Part shown: piece by piece, positions 21,833-32,876 of the stretch
Layout of the letters: each line of letters starts with the position of its first letter
Numbering within the stretch: position 1 is the stretch's first letter
Assembly (NCBI GenBank): GCA_964019425.1
Contig: OZ025794.1
Span: 1,302,001-1,366,000, forward strand
From: Flectonema sp. DT1601
Lineage: Eukaryota
DNA length: 64,000 bases
Reading direction: 5' to 3'
Notes under the pieces: generated by a model
Seen by the model: the letters and a program-made list of their open reading frames with translations, nothing else
Told to the model about the DNA's origin: nothing
Databases searched by the model: none
Program-made: the position numbers and the translations under genes

Positions 21833-23620
21833 ATGTTAAAACGCGATAGATCTTCAGATGAGGAGAAGCAGATTGTGTTGGAATTGGAATCTGTGGCAAT
21901 CCAAATGGCGGAGTTAACAGATCGAAAAAAAAAATTAAAAAACAGACTGAAAGATTTTCAACTTAAACGCGACGATGAGAAATCAGCCGAACATCGCAGC
22001 AAGAATTGGTCTTCCGGATTTGAATGGGACGACAAGGTGTTTAATGCTCTCAAATCACTTGGGTTCGAATCATTTCGGCCTAATCAACGAGAGTGTATTA
22101 ACGGGATCTTATCTGGTTCAGATGTCTTTACGATAATGCCAACAGGTGCGGGTAAGTCTCTCTGTTTTCAACTACCTGCAACAATGTGGGCAGGTAATGG
22201 AACCATTATAGTAATATCACCACTCATAGCTCTGATGAACGATCAGGTTTCAGCTTTAAAAAAGCAAAATATTGAAGCTGCGATGATATGTTCTGTGACT
22301 CCACCTGCTGAAAAGAAAAACCTTTTATCAAAAGTTGAGGATGGAAAAGTAACATTATTATATGTTACACCTGAGTTTGTCGCGAAGAGTAAGACTTTGT
22401 TGTCGAAAATGCAAAAATGTGATCAAAAAAATAAATTAAAACTCTTCGTGATTGATGAAGCTCATTGCTGTTCTCAATGGGGTCATGAATTCCGACACGA
22501 TTATTTAAAATTAGCCATACTTAGAGAAACGTATCCAACGGTACCCATCCTCGCGTTAACAGCAACAGCAACAGAGGGTTGTCGCAAAGACATTATAAGT
22601 CAATTGAAAATGACTACTCCTGTTTTAACATTAAAGGGTCACTACAATAGGTCGAACTTGGTATATAATGTCACACTTAGAAACCGAAAAGATCTAAAAA
22701 ACAAACACGATGCAGACATAGCCTGGATTGTAAACCATGTTATAGAGAATAACTACACAGGATGTACAGGATTAGTTTATTGTTTATCTTGTAAGGAGGT
22801 AGATACGTTATCAAAAGGTTTGAATGATTCAGGTTTATCAGCAGCAGGTTATCACGCTCAGATGGACCTGTCAGAACGACAAAAAAGCTACGAAAAATGG
22901 ATGAGCGGAAAGGCATTAGTAATCGTAGCAACGATTGCATTCGGAATGGGAATCGATAAACCCGATGTAAGATACGTCATTCATCATTCTGTTCCAAAAA
23001 GTATTGAAAATTATTATCAAGAATCTGGCCGTGCTGGACGAGATGGCAAGCCAGCAACGTGTACCATGTTCTACCGACCTAGTGACATCAGTCGCCTATC
23101 TGGTTTCATCGCAGAAAATCCCAACCGAGAAGAAAATTTAAAAAGACTTTATAACCTTGCTGAATACGTCGATCCTACAAAACCGGAATGTCGAAGAAAA
23201 GCAATGGCGTTTTACTTTTCTGATACTTGGAAGGAAAGTGATTGTTCAATGAAATGTGATTTCTGCAGAAATGAGAAAACTGCGATGCAAAAATCACAAA
23301 ATTGTACTACTCTGTCTCGTAACATTATTTCTATTGTTGAAAATACTTCTTCAGAAGTTAAATTAACATCAATAAGACTAATCGAATCTCTGTACTCTAA
23401 CAATGCACAAAGTAAACTAATCCGCAGAGGTACATCACCTCCAATGACATCACAGAACGTAGATCAACAAACTGCTGAAAGAGTAATCGTAAAACTATTA
23501 CGAAATGGTTACTTAAAAGAGGTATTCACATTCACATCATACGGATGTAATGCTTACCTTGCAGCTACTGGAAAAGATTTCATTGAAGAGATTTCACTGG
23601 CTCCGATGGATACAAATTAA
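21833..23620 (+). CDS. RECQL: RecQ helicase, RecQ1/RECQL type
   Basis: MPTGAGKSLCFQLPA, DEAHCCSQWGHEFR, ALTATA, YYQESGRAGRDG; RQC Zn site CRR...C..KCDFC; N-terminal coiled coil plus W..FEW; winged-helix hairpin FTSYG. Confidence 0.92.
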   Translation: MLKRDRSSDEEKQIVLELESVAIQMAELTDRKKKLKNRLKDFQLKRDDEKSAEHRSKNWSSGFEWDDKVFNALKSLGFESFRPNQRECINGILSGSDVFTIMPTGAGKSLCFQLPATMWAGNGTIIVISPLIALMNDQVSALKKQNIEAAMICSVTPPAEKKNLLSKVEDGKVTLLYVTPEFVAKSKTLLSKMQKCDQKNKLKLFVIDEAHCCSQWGHEFRHDYLKLAILRETYPTVPILALTATATEGCRKDIISQLKMTTPVLTLKGHYNRSNLVYNVTLRNRKDLKNKHDADIAWIVNHVIENNYTGCTGLVYCLSCKEVDTLSKGLNDSGLSAAGYHAQMDLSERQKSYEKWMSGKALVIVATIAFGMGIDKPDVRYVIHHSVPKSIENYYQESGRAGRDGKPATCTMFYRPSDISRLSGFIAENPNREENLKRLYNLAEYVDPTKPECRRKAMAFYFSDTWKESDCSMKCDFCRNEKTAMQKSQNCTTLSRNIISIVENTSSEVKLTSIRLIESLYSNNAQSKLIRRGTSPPMTSQNVDQQTAERVIVKLLRNGYLKEVFTFTSYGCNAYLAATGKDFIEEISLAPMDTN

Positions 23621-24092
23621 GAATAGGGGAAAACCTACAAATCTACCCAAAAGTTACGGCCTTTTGTGGAGCTTATACCAAAACTATTGGTCCTCTATTT
23701 CACGGCCGTTCATAAATTAGTTAGTTAGGTGAGGGTGAAGGGAAAAGAGTGGAAGGATTAATAAGAAATTAACGCGGTTCTCATCGCCTTAAAATTATCG
23801 AAAAAAAATAATTTTAATCATTTCAAAATTAGAATAACTTATCTGAACACGGACCTGGGTCCGGAATGAAACTATTTGTGTGTAAAAAAACTTCTCAGTT
23901 TTAAATTCTGAGAAAGACGTTAACAGAATGAGGAATAAGGAAGGTTCGCATCGCTCATGTTTTGTGTTTTCTTGTCCTTGCAATCCGATAGGAAGATAAT
24001 CCTTTGAGTTTTAAACCTTTCAGGAAATCCCCTACTTTATGTAAATTTCTTTTTTTGAATTTATTTCTCTTCCCACAAAATAGATAAATAAA

Positions 24093-25262
24093 ATGAACGC
24101 CCTTGAAAGAATTCTGAACAACACATCCAAAAGGAAATCTTTAATAAATAAATCTTGTAGAAGTGAAGACTCTGTATTCAGTGCTCGCGTAAGCGGATAT
24201 GTGGATGTAAAAAACGGAGAAGTTATTATCACAACATTAACGCTTCACATTTTAGAACAAGACATGCTTGATGAAGTTATCGAAAAACCATGGAGTTCCT
24301 TAACTTGTATGCCCATCACAGATGGTGCTTGTGTTATTATAGTATTTGGTTCTGATCGAATCGTTCTACATTCGAAAGAAAGTCCTGCGGCTACAACAAC
24401 ATTCGTTAAAACTTTAATAGAAATAATCAATTCGTACTCATCACATTATGGAATAAGTATTCCACATGTGATTATTAAAAATAATAATTCCGATTCAACG
24501 CGTGAATTGACTCCTTCAACAGAAGTCACTGAAGAGACAGTTTCACAGAATGATGAACATGTTGTTGAGAAATTGAGTTATAGCGATCGGCCGATGAAAA
24601 CCAATGAAGACATAATGAAGGAATATAAAGAAGATTATTTAATTAGAGAAAATGAAAAAATTCAATCAATAATGAGCGAAATATTATATGAAAAGAGACT
24701 AACAGACTTTGATTTCATTGAAGGGACTACCAGCGCATTGATTTCTGTTGCTAATGAGAGTGGAGAGTCACATCAGGATTGGATTGTTGATAAACTGGAG
24801 TCAGATACGATCTTTTTAATTAAAAGGTTTTGGTTACAAAGACCTTCCAGAAGAAGGATTCTGGTATCTCTAACGACTGGTACGGTTTTAAGGGAGATTA
24901 ACCTTTCTGGGAGTGGTGTTGATGATGATATTTTTAAAGTTGTGATTCCACTCTTGTCAGGAAACAAACACCTCTCTGAGATAGATTTATCATTCAATCC
25001 TATTTCTGATAATACGATAGCATCTCTGTCTGAAGTACTTACCTCTACGTCAATCACTTCTCTCAATTTTCGTGGGTGCGACTTACTCACAGAGAAGTCT
25101 CTTTCTTGTTTGCATTCTCTCGTCAAATCATTACCTCAAATCACAACATTACTATTCCCGAATGACATTAGCGATAACCACACTGTTGATGATATAAATT
25201 TAAACACGAAATTAAACTTCGTACACAGCTGCCTTACTAAGTGGGGAGTAGAATCAGTGTAG
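24093..25262 (+). CDS. RNI-like leucine-rich repeat protein with a possible N-terminal PH-like region
   Basis: LREINLSGSGVDD, LSEIDLSFNPISD, ITSLNFRGCDLLTE. Confidence 0.7.
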   Translation: MNALERILNNTSKRKSLINKSCRSEDSVFSARVSGYVDVKNGEVIITTLTLHILEQDMLDEVIEKPWSSLTCMPITDGACVIIVFGSDRIVLHSKESPAATTTFVKTLIEIINSYSSHYGISIPHVIIKNNNSDSTRELTPSTEVTEETVSQNDEHVVEKLSYSDRPMKTNEDIMKEYKEDYLIRENEKIQSIMSEILYEKRLTDFDFIEGTTSALISVANESGESHQDWIVDKLESDTIFLIKRFWLQRPSRRRILVSLTTGTVLREINLSGSGVDDDIFKVVIPLLSGNKHLSEIDLSFNPISDNTIASLSEVLTSTSITSLNFRGCDLLTEKSLSCLHSLVKSLPQITTLLFPNDISDNHTVDDINLNTKLNFVHSCLTKWGVESV

Positions 25263-25394
25263 TAACACTCACTGGTACTTTGTTATATCTGTTTTTATTC
25301 ATTTACACATTCTTGAATTACTGTTAAGTTGAATATTTTGTATTATTGTCGATTACATTTCCTATTCCCCAGAGTAGTTTCTTCATGATATGCA

Positions 25395-28300
25395 ATGAGA
25401 GCAGCCAAGTACCTGAAAAGGGACTCTCGACAAGAAAGGATAACAACACAGCAAAGATCAGTCATTGGGAGCATTTGTGAAGCAGCTGTAAGAATACCAA
25501 GTTGTGAAGTCGCTCATTGGAAGAATGAGACATCAACAGCAGCAGAGAATAGGAAGAAATCACTTAGAGAATTAACAGAAGTATTGGAAAGGTGTCCAGC
25601 GAGTATTTTGATTGATGAAAAAATTCCGAATTCTGGAAGAGTTCGATTACGACACGATGAGTATGTTGGATTATTAACAAAATCAATTAATAAACTTCGA
25701 AAGAATACAATCAACGTTCTTGAAAACCTTCGAGAGTGGAGACATCTAACCAGACATTGTAATTCAACTGATGCAAATATTCCATTCTCTTGGGAAGGTG
25801 TTCCACTGATGAGTTCCATGAAAACAGATATTCAATCAATCTCAAACAATCCAATCGCAGTAAAACTAATTAAAGAAGAGGTATTAAATAACACTCTGCT
25901 GTACCCAACTAAATTAAATGGAATTACCAATCCATCTATAAAGCAGTTACGGATTTCACAAGCCAGGGAAACACTCATATATGAAGAGTCTTTTATAGTG
26001 GGAAGTGATGCCTCCGATGTGAGTCTGACTGATGAAGACCTGCTGTTAGATTTCAACAGCAGCGAGTCGGTAGATGCAGATTTGCATAACACCAGCGGAC
26101 CATACCACCCTACAGCAGAGTTATCAGTCACAGACCCGTTGAGTCCACGAACTTTTATTAGTGATATTGATGTATGTACGCCATCTGACATTTCTCAAAC
26201 TTTTACCAAAGAATTAATTGATGGTGGAAGTCCTTTGAGTGTTTTTTCCGATGAAATTCTCAACACAAATGCCAGGACGATTCAACTCTGGTATAAAAAT
26301 ATACTCGAAAATCAAAAATCACATCCTGTCGGAATCGATCAGGATAGTGAGATTAATACATCGATGACAATCCAAGTACGTTCATCTCCAGTACAACATG
26401 TCGCAGATGATAGTACCGTTTTTGATGAAGAGATGAGTGCTCCTATCTGGTGGGGGAGGGTGGGCGTCCGATACACAAATTGCAACTGGAGAGATAGCGC
26501 TGTTCAGGAGAACGCAGCTGCTTCAGCTATTCAGCTGACCTTTTCAGGTAAGAAAGACTCTTGTGAACTCCTGGCAGACAGAAGAGCATTACTACAACAA
26601 AAACGAAGCATCGAAGTCATATCTATGCACTACAAGGAGTTTAAAGAAAAACGTGAAAACCGACGTGTCGCTTCCAAAAAAAGAGACAATCGAATCCATC
26701 TAAGAAATGAGGTCGCGATCTATGAAAATAAAATAAAAACAATAATTCGAGTTATGGCAGCATATCGCTGTAGATTATCATTATATCGGAGACTTATTGA
26801 TCGATTTCAAGAGAAGTGTTGTATTGCTGTTACACAACTAAGTCGTGTTGTAAGGGGAATAGCAGGTAGAAAACTGGCTCGAAAATTAAAAACTCAAGTG
26901 ATTGCCGACAGAAATGCTCTATTGCAAAACCAATTTAGGAAAGCTGCGGCAACTCGTCTCCAAGCTGCTTTTCGAGGTGCAAGTTGTCGAAAAAAGTTAT
27001 CCAACGGGCACTCACGACAATTAGATGTTAGCTTCGCGCACAATAAAAGTGCCATCCTGATTGTGAGAGCGTTTCGAGTTAAATTAGCGAAAGTGACAGC
27101 AGCGAGACTGAGAGCAATTAAACAAAAAGAAAGGAAATTAAAACAACAGGAAGAACTTAAAACACAATCTCAAATAAGAATATATTGGTGGTACATCGGT
27201 AGAAAAGCAGCAAAAACTGTACAAAATCGAATCAACAAACGACATACGAACCGACTAAAACACACAACTCGGGTTGCAGAACGATACCGAGGTGTAATAT
27301 GTGCAAATAACTACTTAGCCACCCTCGCAGATGAATCTAATAAGTGCTGGTTGTTTATAAATTCTGATTTGAATAAAAACTTTTTTAACAAAACTAGGGA
27401 ATCATACTTAGAACAACCTCTTCGGTTCATATCACCCACACGACGGCATTCACCTCCACTAGCTGAGTGTGTTCAAGGACCACATCCGACAGATGCAGAT
27501 ACTCAAAAAGATGAATTGAATAATGAAGTAGGTAGTTCTTGTGATCATCATTCTCAAAGAAGTATTCCTGAAAGACCTGAAAGTAAGTTGGGATTCTATA
27601 ATGTAAATGAAAACCAAGTAACAAACAATGAAGAAACTTTTACAGTTTTATGTAAGGAAGCTCTCTTTGATTTAGATGTTCAATCATCAAAAGAATTATC
27701 TGATGACGATCAGTTAGTTTTAACGAATGCGACGGTTCCACTTGAATTGAATCCCAAGAGGAGTTGTAATCATATGACTGGATTACCACAATCACCTTCA
27801 AATTATTTAAAACAAACTAATAGTAGTCAGATTGATACAGCATCACCAGTTCATAACTGTTCCGCTGATGGACGATCGCCATCAGGTTCAGAAAAAAGTG
27901 ATATCAAATCGGGTTACTGCTACGAGGAAGAGAGTATTCATCAAAGTGATAATTATAACGTCAACTTATACCTCAGGCATAGACACAAACAGCTTCATAC
28001 TTCGGTAATCGCAATCCTTCAGGCTCTTGTATGTCTGGCAAATATTAAAGTCCCAAGCTCATGTGTTGAGATCATCACATTACTAATTGGTTGTGGACTT
28101 AATGAAAAACAATCTGTCGTACCAACATTGAGAGTGTGTGATATTCCGAGATGCTCGAGTGAGTGTTGGCATGTTTTGTGTAATAACTTACTTTGGTTTA
28201 ATTCTGATTTGCTTCGTGAAATGATGATTAACACTTACGGAGGTACTGACGCAGCAGAAATTCCAAAGATATACAGTTCTTGGCGTGTGTCGATAGTACT

Positions 28301-28709
28301 CAGTAAGATAATAGTTGATTGGGGACTTCATTCAATGATTACTTGTTTTGATAAGATTACTGTAAGTGAAGATATTACGATATTGCAATGTTTGTTATCG
28401 GAATTAAGATTGTCTTCTACAGCGCAGTTAATAAATCTTTGTCGACCGGATCCTTCGTATCTATTTTGTTGTGAGGATCTGTCTCTCTCATTGGGAGAAA
28501 CGATATTTCAATCATTCCCACAAACGCAAGATAATTGGTTGTCTTGGATTCATGAAATGGGAATTCTACAAGTTTTAAGTGTTCAACCTGCTACTGTTGT
28601 TGATGAAATGTCTGCTTGCCTTCCATTCAAACTTCCTGAAGACATCACAGACGATTCTAAACATGCCGTTATATCGAGATTTATAGCTGTTCATCAAAAT
28701 CCTTGTTAG
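25395..28709 (+). CDS. Large protein with degenerate IQ calmodulin-binding motifs
   Basis: AATRLQAAFRGASCRK, VTQLSRVVRGIAGRK, AILIVRAFRVKLAK. Confidence 0.65.
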   Translation: MRAAKYLKRDSRQERITTQQRSVIGSICEAAVRIPSCEVAHWKNETSTAAENRKKSLRELTEVLERCPASILIDEKIPNSGRVRLRHDEYVGLLTKSINKLRKNTINVLENLREWRHLTRHCNSTDANIPFSWEGVPLMSSMKTDIQSISNNPIAVKLIKEEVLNNTLLYPTKLNGITNPSIKQLRISQARETLIYEESFIVGSDASDVSLTDEDLLLDFNSSESVDADLHNTSGPYHPTAELSVTDPLSPRTFISDIDVCTPSDISQTFTKELIDGGSPLSVFSDEILNTNARTIQLWYKNILENQKSHPVGIDQDSEINTSMTIQVRSSPVQHVADDSTVFDEEMSAPIWWGRVGVRYTNCNWRDSAVQENAAASAIQLTFSGKKDSCELLADRRALLQQKRSIEVISMHYKEFKEKRENRRVASKKRDNRIHLRNEVAIYENKIKTIIRVMAAYRCRLSLYRRLIDRFQEKCCIAVTQLSRVVRGIAGRKLARKLKTQVIADRNALLQNQFRKAAATRLQAAFRGASCRKKLSNGHSRQLDVSFAHNKSAILIVRAFRVKLAKVTAARLRAIKQKERKLKQQEELKTQSQIRIYWWYIGRKAAKTVQNRINKRHTNRLKHTTRVAERYRGVICANNYLATLADESNKCWLFINSDLNKNFFNKTRESYLEQPLRFISPTRRHSPPLAECVQGPHPTDADTQKDELNNEVGSSCDHHSQRSIPERPESKLGFYNVNENQVTNNEETFTVLCKEALFDLDVQSSKELSDDDQLVLTNATVPLELNPKRSCNHMTGLPQSPSNYLKQTNSSQIDTASPVHNCSADGRSPSGSEKSDIKSGYCYEEESIHQSDNYNVNLYLRHRHKQLHTSVIAILQALVCLANIKVPSSCVEIITLLIGCGLNEKQSVVPTLRVCDIPRCSSECWHVLCNNLLWFNSDLLREMMINTYGGTDAAEIPKIYSSWRVSIVLSKIIVDWGLHSMITCFDKITVSEDITILQCLLSELRLSSTAQLINLCRPDPSYLFCCEDLSLSLGETIFQSFPQTQDNWLSWIHEMGILQVLSVQPATVVDEMSACLPFKLPEDITDDSKHAVISRFIAVHQNPC

Positions 28710-28895
28710 CTTATTTGTTTAATAATTAGTTTATTTATTTTTTTATTTATTTTTGTTTCTTTTTGAAGTTAATCTCTTCCCCTTATCCTGATTGCTTTAG
28801 TCACTTACACTCTCAATATAATTATTGATTATTAAAGTAGTTATATGTAGTGGGTGGAATCTTTCTTATTCTACGACAGGTATTTAGACAGAATT

Positions 28896-29936
28896 ATGCG
28901 ACGAGGAATTGATGAATTCGAAAACAAACATCCAAAACGAATACTAACGAGAAACAGAAGTAGTATCTGTGTTGAGATTCCTGGATCAAGAGTGAGAGAG
29001 AGCTTCCTGCAAGTTAATTTTGAATTTCCGATGCTGTCGTCAGACAGTTGCGCTTCATCACCAGCGATGACCCCGACAACAGTCGAGCATGTTCCTCCAA
29101 CTATGCAACCTGTTCATGAGAGACCTGATTTCAGATATTTAATAGCTTCTGGTGTAGTGTTAACTTGTGTATCAGGTTTAATAAATGCTTTCACAATATT
29201 ACAAACTGGAACTCCAGTAACCCACGCGACGGGAAGTACTTCACAACTTGCTATCAACAGCATTCAGGAACACTATTCTACAGCTCTTCAAAAGTTATCA
29301 ATTTTAGTATCATTTTTAATAGGAAGTGTTGTTAGTGCTACGGCAGTTGGATCAGATAAATTTGTATTAGGACATAAATACGGATATGTGTTACTAGCTG
29401 TTGGTGTTGTGGTTTATGTAGCCAGTAGCTTACTAAACAACGAAGACTATAATTGGATATCCGTTTGTTTGTTTGCATTTGCATCAGGACTTCAAAATGC
29501 GATGTGCACATCACTGTCAGGAGCAGTTATTCGAACTACGCACACCACTGGAATGTTGACAGATATTGGGATGTCAATTGGTTATGTTATTCGTGATACT
29601 CTTATTAGTGATGGCAGTAGTAAAGATTCTTGGAAATTACGTCTTTTGATACCTCAATATTTGTCTTATTTGTTTGGAGGCTGTCTCGGTACCCTAGCGT
29701 TCATTAATAAGTTCCACTCTGTTATAAGCATAACAGGGACACTTATTATTCTCTCAGGCGTGTCTTATATCATTGCCGCCTCAAGAGGAAGCTTTGACGG
29801 ATTTCTCGAGGAGGAAAAAATCCTAAAAGAAGTGGCTACTGCTGAAAGGAGGTTTACAGTTGCATTACACAACGCGTTGCTTGATAACTCTCCTAAAGGA
29901 GGAATTAGAAGCAGTTCATTTTCAATTAGAAAATAG
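28896..29936 (+). CDS. YoaK/DUF1275 family membrane protein
   Basis: SGLINA, THATGSTS, GLQNA, IRTTHTTGMLTDIG; about 6 TM segments. Confidence 0.85.
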   Translation: MRRGIDEFENKHPKRILTRNRSSICVEIPGSRVRESFLQVNFEFPMLSSDSCASSPAMTPTTVEHVPPTMQPVHERPDFRYLIASGVVLTCVSGLINAFTILQTGTPVTHATGSTSQLAINSIQEHYSTALQKLSILVSFLIGSVVSATAVGSDKFVLGHKYGYVLLAVGVVVYVASSLLNNEDYNWISVCLFAFASGLQNAMCTSLSGAVIRTTHTTGMLTDIGMSIGYVIRDTLISDGSSKDSWKLRLLIPQYLSYLFGGCLGTLAFINKFHSVISITGTLIILSGVSYIIAASRGSFDGFLEEEKILKEVATAERRFTVALHNALLDNSPKGGIRSSSFSIRK

Positions 29937-30154
29937 GCAGTCACTTTCTGCTGTATTTTGTACACCATTATTAATATTATTATTATTTCTTTCTTTCTTT
30001 TTTTTTTTTTTTTTTTCCGACATTTACCCTGTTCAGTTGAGATTATTATTTTTGTTACTATTTGTAATCATTTTTATTTAAACGTAAACAGGATCTTCAA
30101 ATTTAGTTTCCACTACACAACAACAATGAAACTTTGAAGCAAAAAAACGAATAA

Positions 30155-32536
30155 ATGAAAGGAAGCGTCTGGTTAACTGTTGTTTGGTTGCTTCAGTTGG
30201 TTTCTATGACGGAAAGTTCTTGGAAGCATCACTCATTAGAATTACATACATTAGGAGGAACGAGATGGACTGATATGAGTATTAGAGATACTGTAGTAGT
30301 AGTAACAGCAAGAACTGATCGATCATTATTATTTGTTTTGGATGTATCGAATATAAACGACATGAGATTTGGTTATCAATCTCAAGATACGGAGGTCGAA
30401 TATGATTTGATAGCAACATACAAAACTAATTCAGAAGTGATAGCGATAATCACACGTCCAAATAAAGGAACACACGACTGGGCGATCTTCAACACCAGCA
30501 ATCCGAACGTTGTCACTCCATTTGGGATCAACAGATTTGGAAAACCCCTCACAATCACAACATTTCTTGTTACTACAAAAGATGGAAGCTTTCCATGGGT
30601 GATTTGGGCAACATCAAACGGATGTGTTGCTGAGATACTAACAAAAGAAAGAAATCTGAGTCTAGTTCCAGACATGAGAGGAAAACAATCACCTCCAACG
30701 GGACTAGTTGCTGTTATGAATCAAAAGAATATGATTCTAATAGCGTATTCAGTTTTTGATAAAGCAAGAAAACGACATGCGATTCACATTTCGACGGCAG
30801 ATGGCTACTACAGCGATAGTAGCCACAGCCCTAAACTTATAGATGTAACACAAACAGAGCTAATAAATGAACCGAAATATTTATTTTGGGATAGCGAATC
30901 AAATCACTTGTACATATTAAGTAGTAGAGACAGCAGTAGCATCGATGTAAGAGTTTTACTTGTTTCAGTTGAAAGAAAATCCACACAAGCTGACTTGACA
31001 TTATCAGGCCTCGACGTTATAGTTGAAGAGATATCTGACACATGGTTACTTATTAATGTTCAATACACTCCAGTGGTGGTATTTCCATTAGTGATCGCCA
31101 CCTCAGGGATTACTGGAATATATTTAATTAATTTAACAACTGTAGGTTCTGGAAGAGATATTCCTGTCAGCAGTGATGATGTTAATTTACATCCTCTGTG
31201 TCCATCTCTCGGAGGTCCAATGCAAGTAGTGACTACTTCGACGAATTCATCTTTAAAGAGATTATTCGCCTTATGTAGTCATGCTAATACTGCCAAACTG
31301 CTCGGTATTGATATCAATGTCGACTCAGTCCCTTCTCCAGAATCGAAAAGTATTCCACCGAGCGGTAACACTGATAACAACATCATCATCGCGATAGTAA
31401 TAGTTGTGGGAATATTGCTGTTGGTGATTATTGTTTTGATTATGTTTTTTGTATTTAGAAAAAAGGTTTCCGGACCACATTCAATATTAGGCAGCGATCG
31501 TATGCTATCCCTGTCTAATACCGAAGGTAGTCTTCGCTTTATACCACACTCGTCATTCGGAACACTCGATAAAATAGCTGAAGGAAATTCCGGATGTGTT
31601 TTCAAATCATTTTATGCTGCGACGGGTGAGTTTGTTGCTCTTAAGGCTTCGAAAAAAATTGTCATTGACGAGTCGTTTTTCTCTGAAATTACACTGCTAT
31701 GCTCACTACGACAAAAAGATATAATTATGTTGTATGGTTGGTCTGAGATTGAAAGTAAACCCCACATGGTTACTGAGTACTGTTCATGTGGTAGCCTTGC
31801 TAGTTATAATCACCCAAGTGGAAGAGATGAAACGGTTCTTTCACTTGTATCAATTACACGAGCGTTATCGTACCTTCATGATCGGGGATTCGCTCATTTA
31901 GATGTCGCCGCGCGTAACATCTTAATAACTGAGAGTCACACATTAAAACTAGGTGATATGGGTCTCGTTACCAAATTAAATGAAAGAACTAATAAACCTC
32001 TTGCCGTAGCCTGGTCTCCTCCAGAATCACTAGTCAACAGGATCGCAACTACAAAACATGACAGTTGGTCATTTGGTTGTCTTATTTATGAGGTTATGAC
32101 TGGAGAAAATCCATTTTACGAAGTTGAAGGAAAAGGAAGAAAACGTCTTTCAATTTTGACTAAAATGATTCAATCTAAATCAGTACCGAACAAACCTTTA
32201 TTATTATCTGAATTAAATGAAATAATATGGACTGACATTGTTGAGAAGTGTTGGTCATTCGATACTGATAACCGTCCATCAATGCAAATGATAATGTCAA
32301 CACTACTCCAATTGTCAGATAAACCTCCACAAGTTAATAATTCATCACTTCCAAGTATCTCACCTTTACAATACCAGTATGCTGTTTCTACAACAGGAAT
32401 GGAATCTTATGAGACAGCGGTCACTCGGTCTCAGCAGAGAAATCCTATAATTCCTCCGAGGTCGAGATCGCCAAGTGATACACTTAATAATGTGTATAGT
32501 AGTTCTGTTGAGTATCAGTTTCCGTTTGTTGAATAG
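30155..32536 (+). CDS. Receptor-type kinase with a tyrosine-kinase-like catalytic domain
   Basis: Signal peptide, beta-rich ectodomain, TM IIIAIVIVVGILLLVIIVLIMFFVF-RKK; kinase motifs EGNSG, VALK, HLDVAARNIL, KLGDMG, LAVAWSPPE, DSWSFG. Confidence 0.85.
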   Translation: MKGSVWLTVVWLLQLVSMTESSWKHHSLELHTLGGTRWTDMSIRDTVVVVTARTDRSLLFVLDVSNINDMRFGYQSQDTEVEYDLIATYKTNSEVIAIITRPNKGTHDWAIFNTSNPNVVTPFGINRFGKPLTITTFLVTTKDGSFPWVIWATSNGCVAEILTKERNLSLVPDMRGKQSPPTGLVAVMNQKNMILIAYSVFDKARKRHAIHISTADGYYSDSSHSPKLIDVTQTELINEPKYLFWDSESNHLYILSSRDSSSIDVRVLLVSVERKSTQADLTLSGLDVIVEEISDTWLLINVQYTPVVVFPLVIATSGITGIYLINLTTVGSGRDIPVSSDDVNLHPLCPSLGGPMQVVTTSTNSSLKRLFALCSHANTAKLLGIDINVDSVPSPESKSIPPSGNTDNNIIIAIVIVVGILLLVIIVLIMFFVFRKKVSGPHSILGSDRMLSLSNTEGSLRFIPHSSFGTLDKIAEGNSGCVFKSFYAATGEFVALKASKKIVIDESFFSEITLLCSLRQKDIIMLYGWSEIESKPHMVTEYCSCGSLASYNHPSGRDETVLSLVSITRALSYLHDRGFAHLDVAARNILITESHTLKLGDMGLVTKLNERTNKPLAVAWSPPESLVNRIATTKHDSWSFGCLIYEVMTGENPFYEVEGKGRKRLSILTKMIQSKSVPNKPLLLSELNEIIWTDIVEKCWSFDTDNRPSMQMIMSTLLQLSDKPPQVNNSSLPSISPLQYQYAVSTTGMESYETAVTRSQQRNPIIPPRSRSPSDTLNNVYSSSVEYQFPFVE

Positions 32537-32876
32537 AGTTAGAATGATTATTTCGTAGTATCTGACAAGACTCCATGAAAAAAAAAGCAAAAAACAAAAA
32601 CAAAAAAGTTTATTTTTTTTGTGTTGAATCTATTCGTCTTTTTTTTGTTTTATACTTTTCAATCGTATTCGATATTATGTTACCAACCCGACTATTCAAT
32701 TTTTTTTTAAATTATAAATATTCAAACTGATGTACTTTCTCAGGTTGTAATATATGATGATTGTATTGAGTTGGGGATTCCATTCGCTTTTGGGAAGAGT
32801 TTTTAATTTTTTTCCCCCTTCTGCAGCGCACCCTTCTCACACGAGATCCCTTTCTGTTACCTATTTATGATACTTT

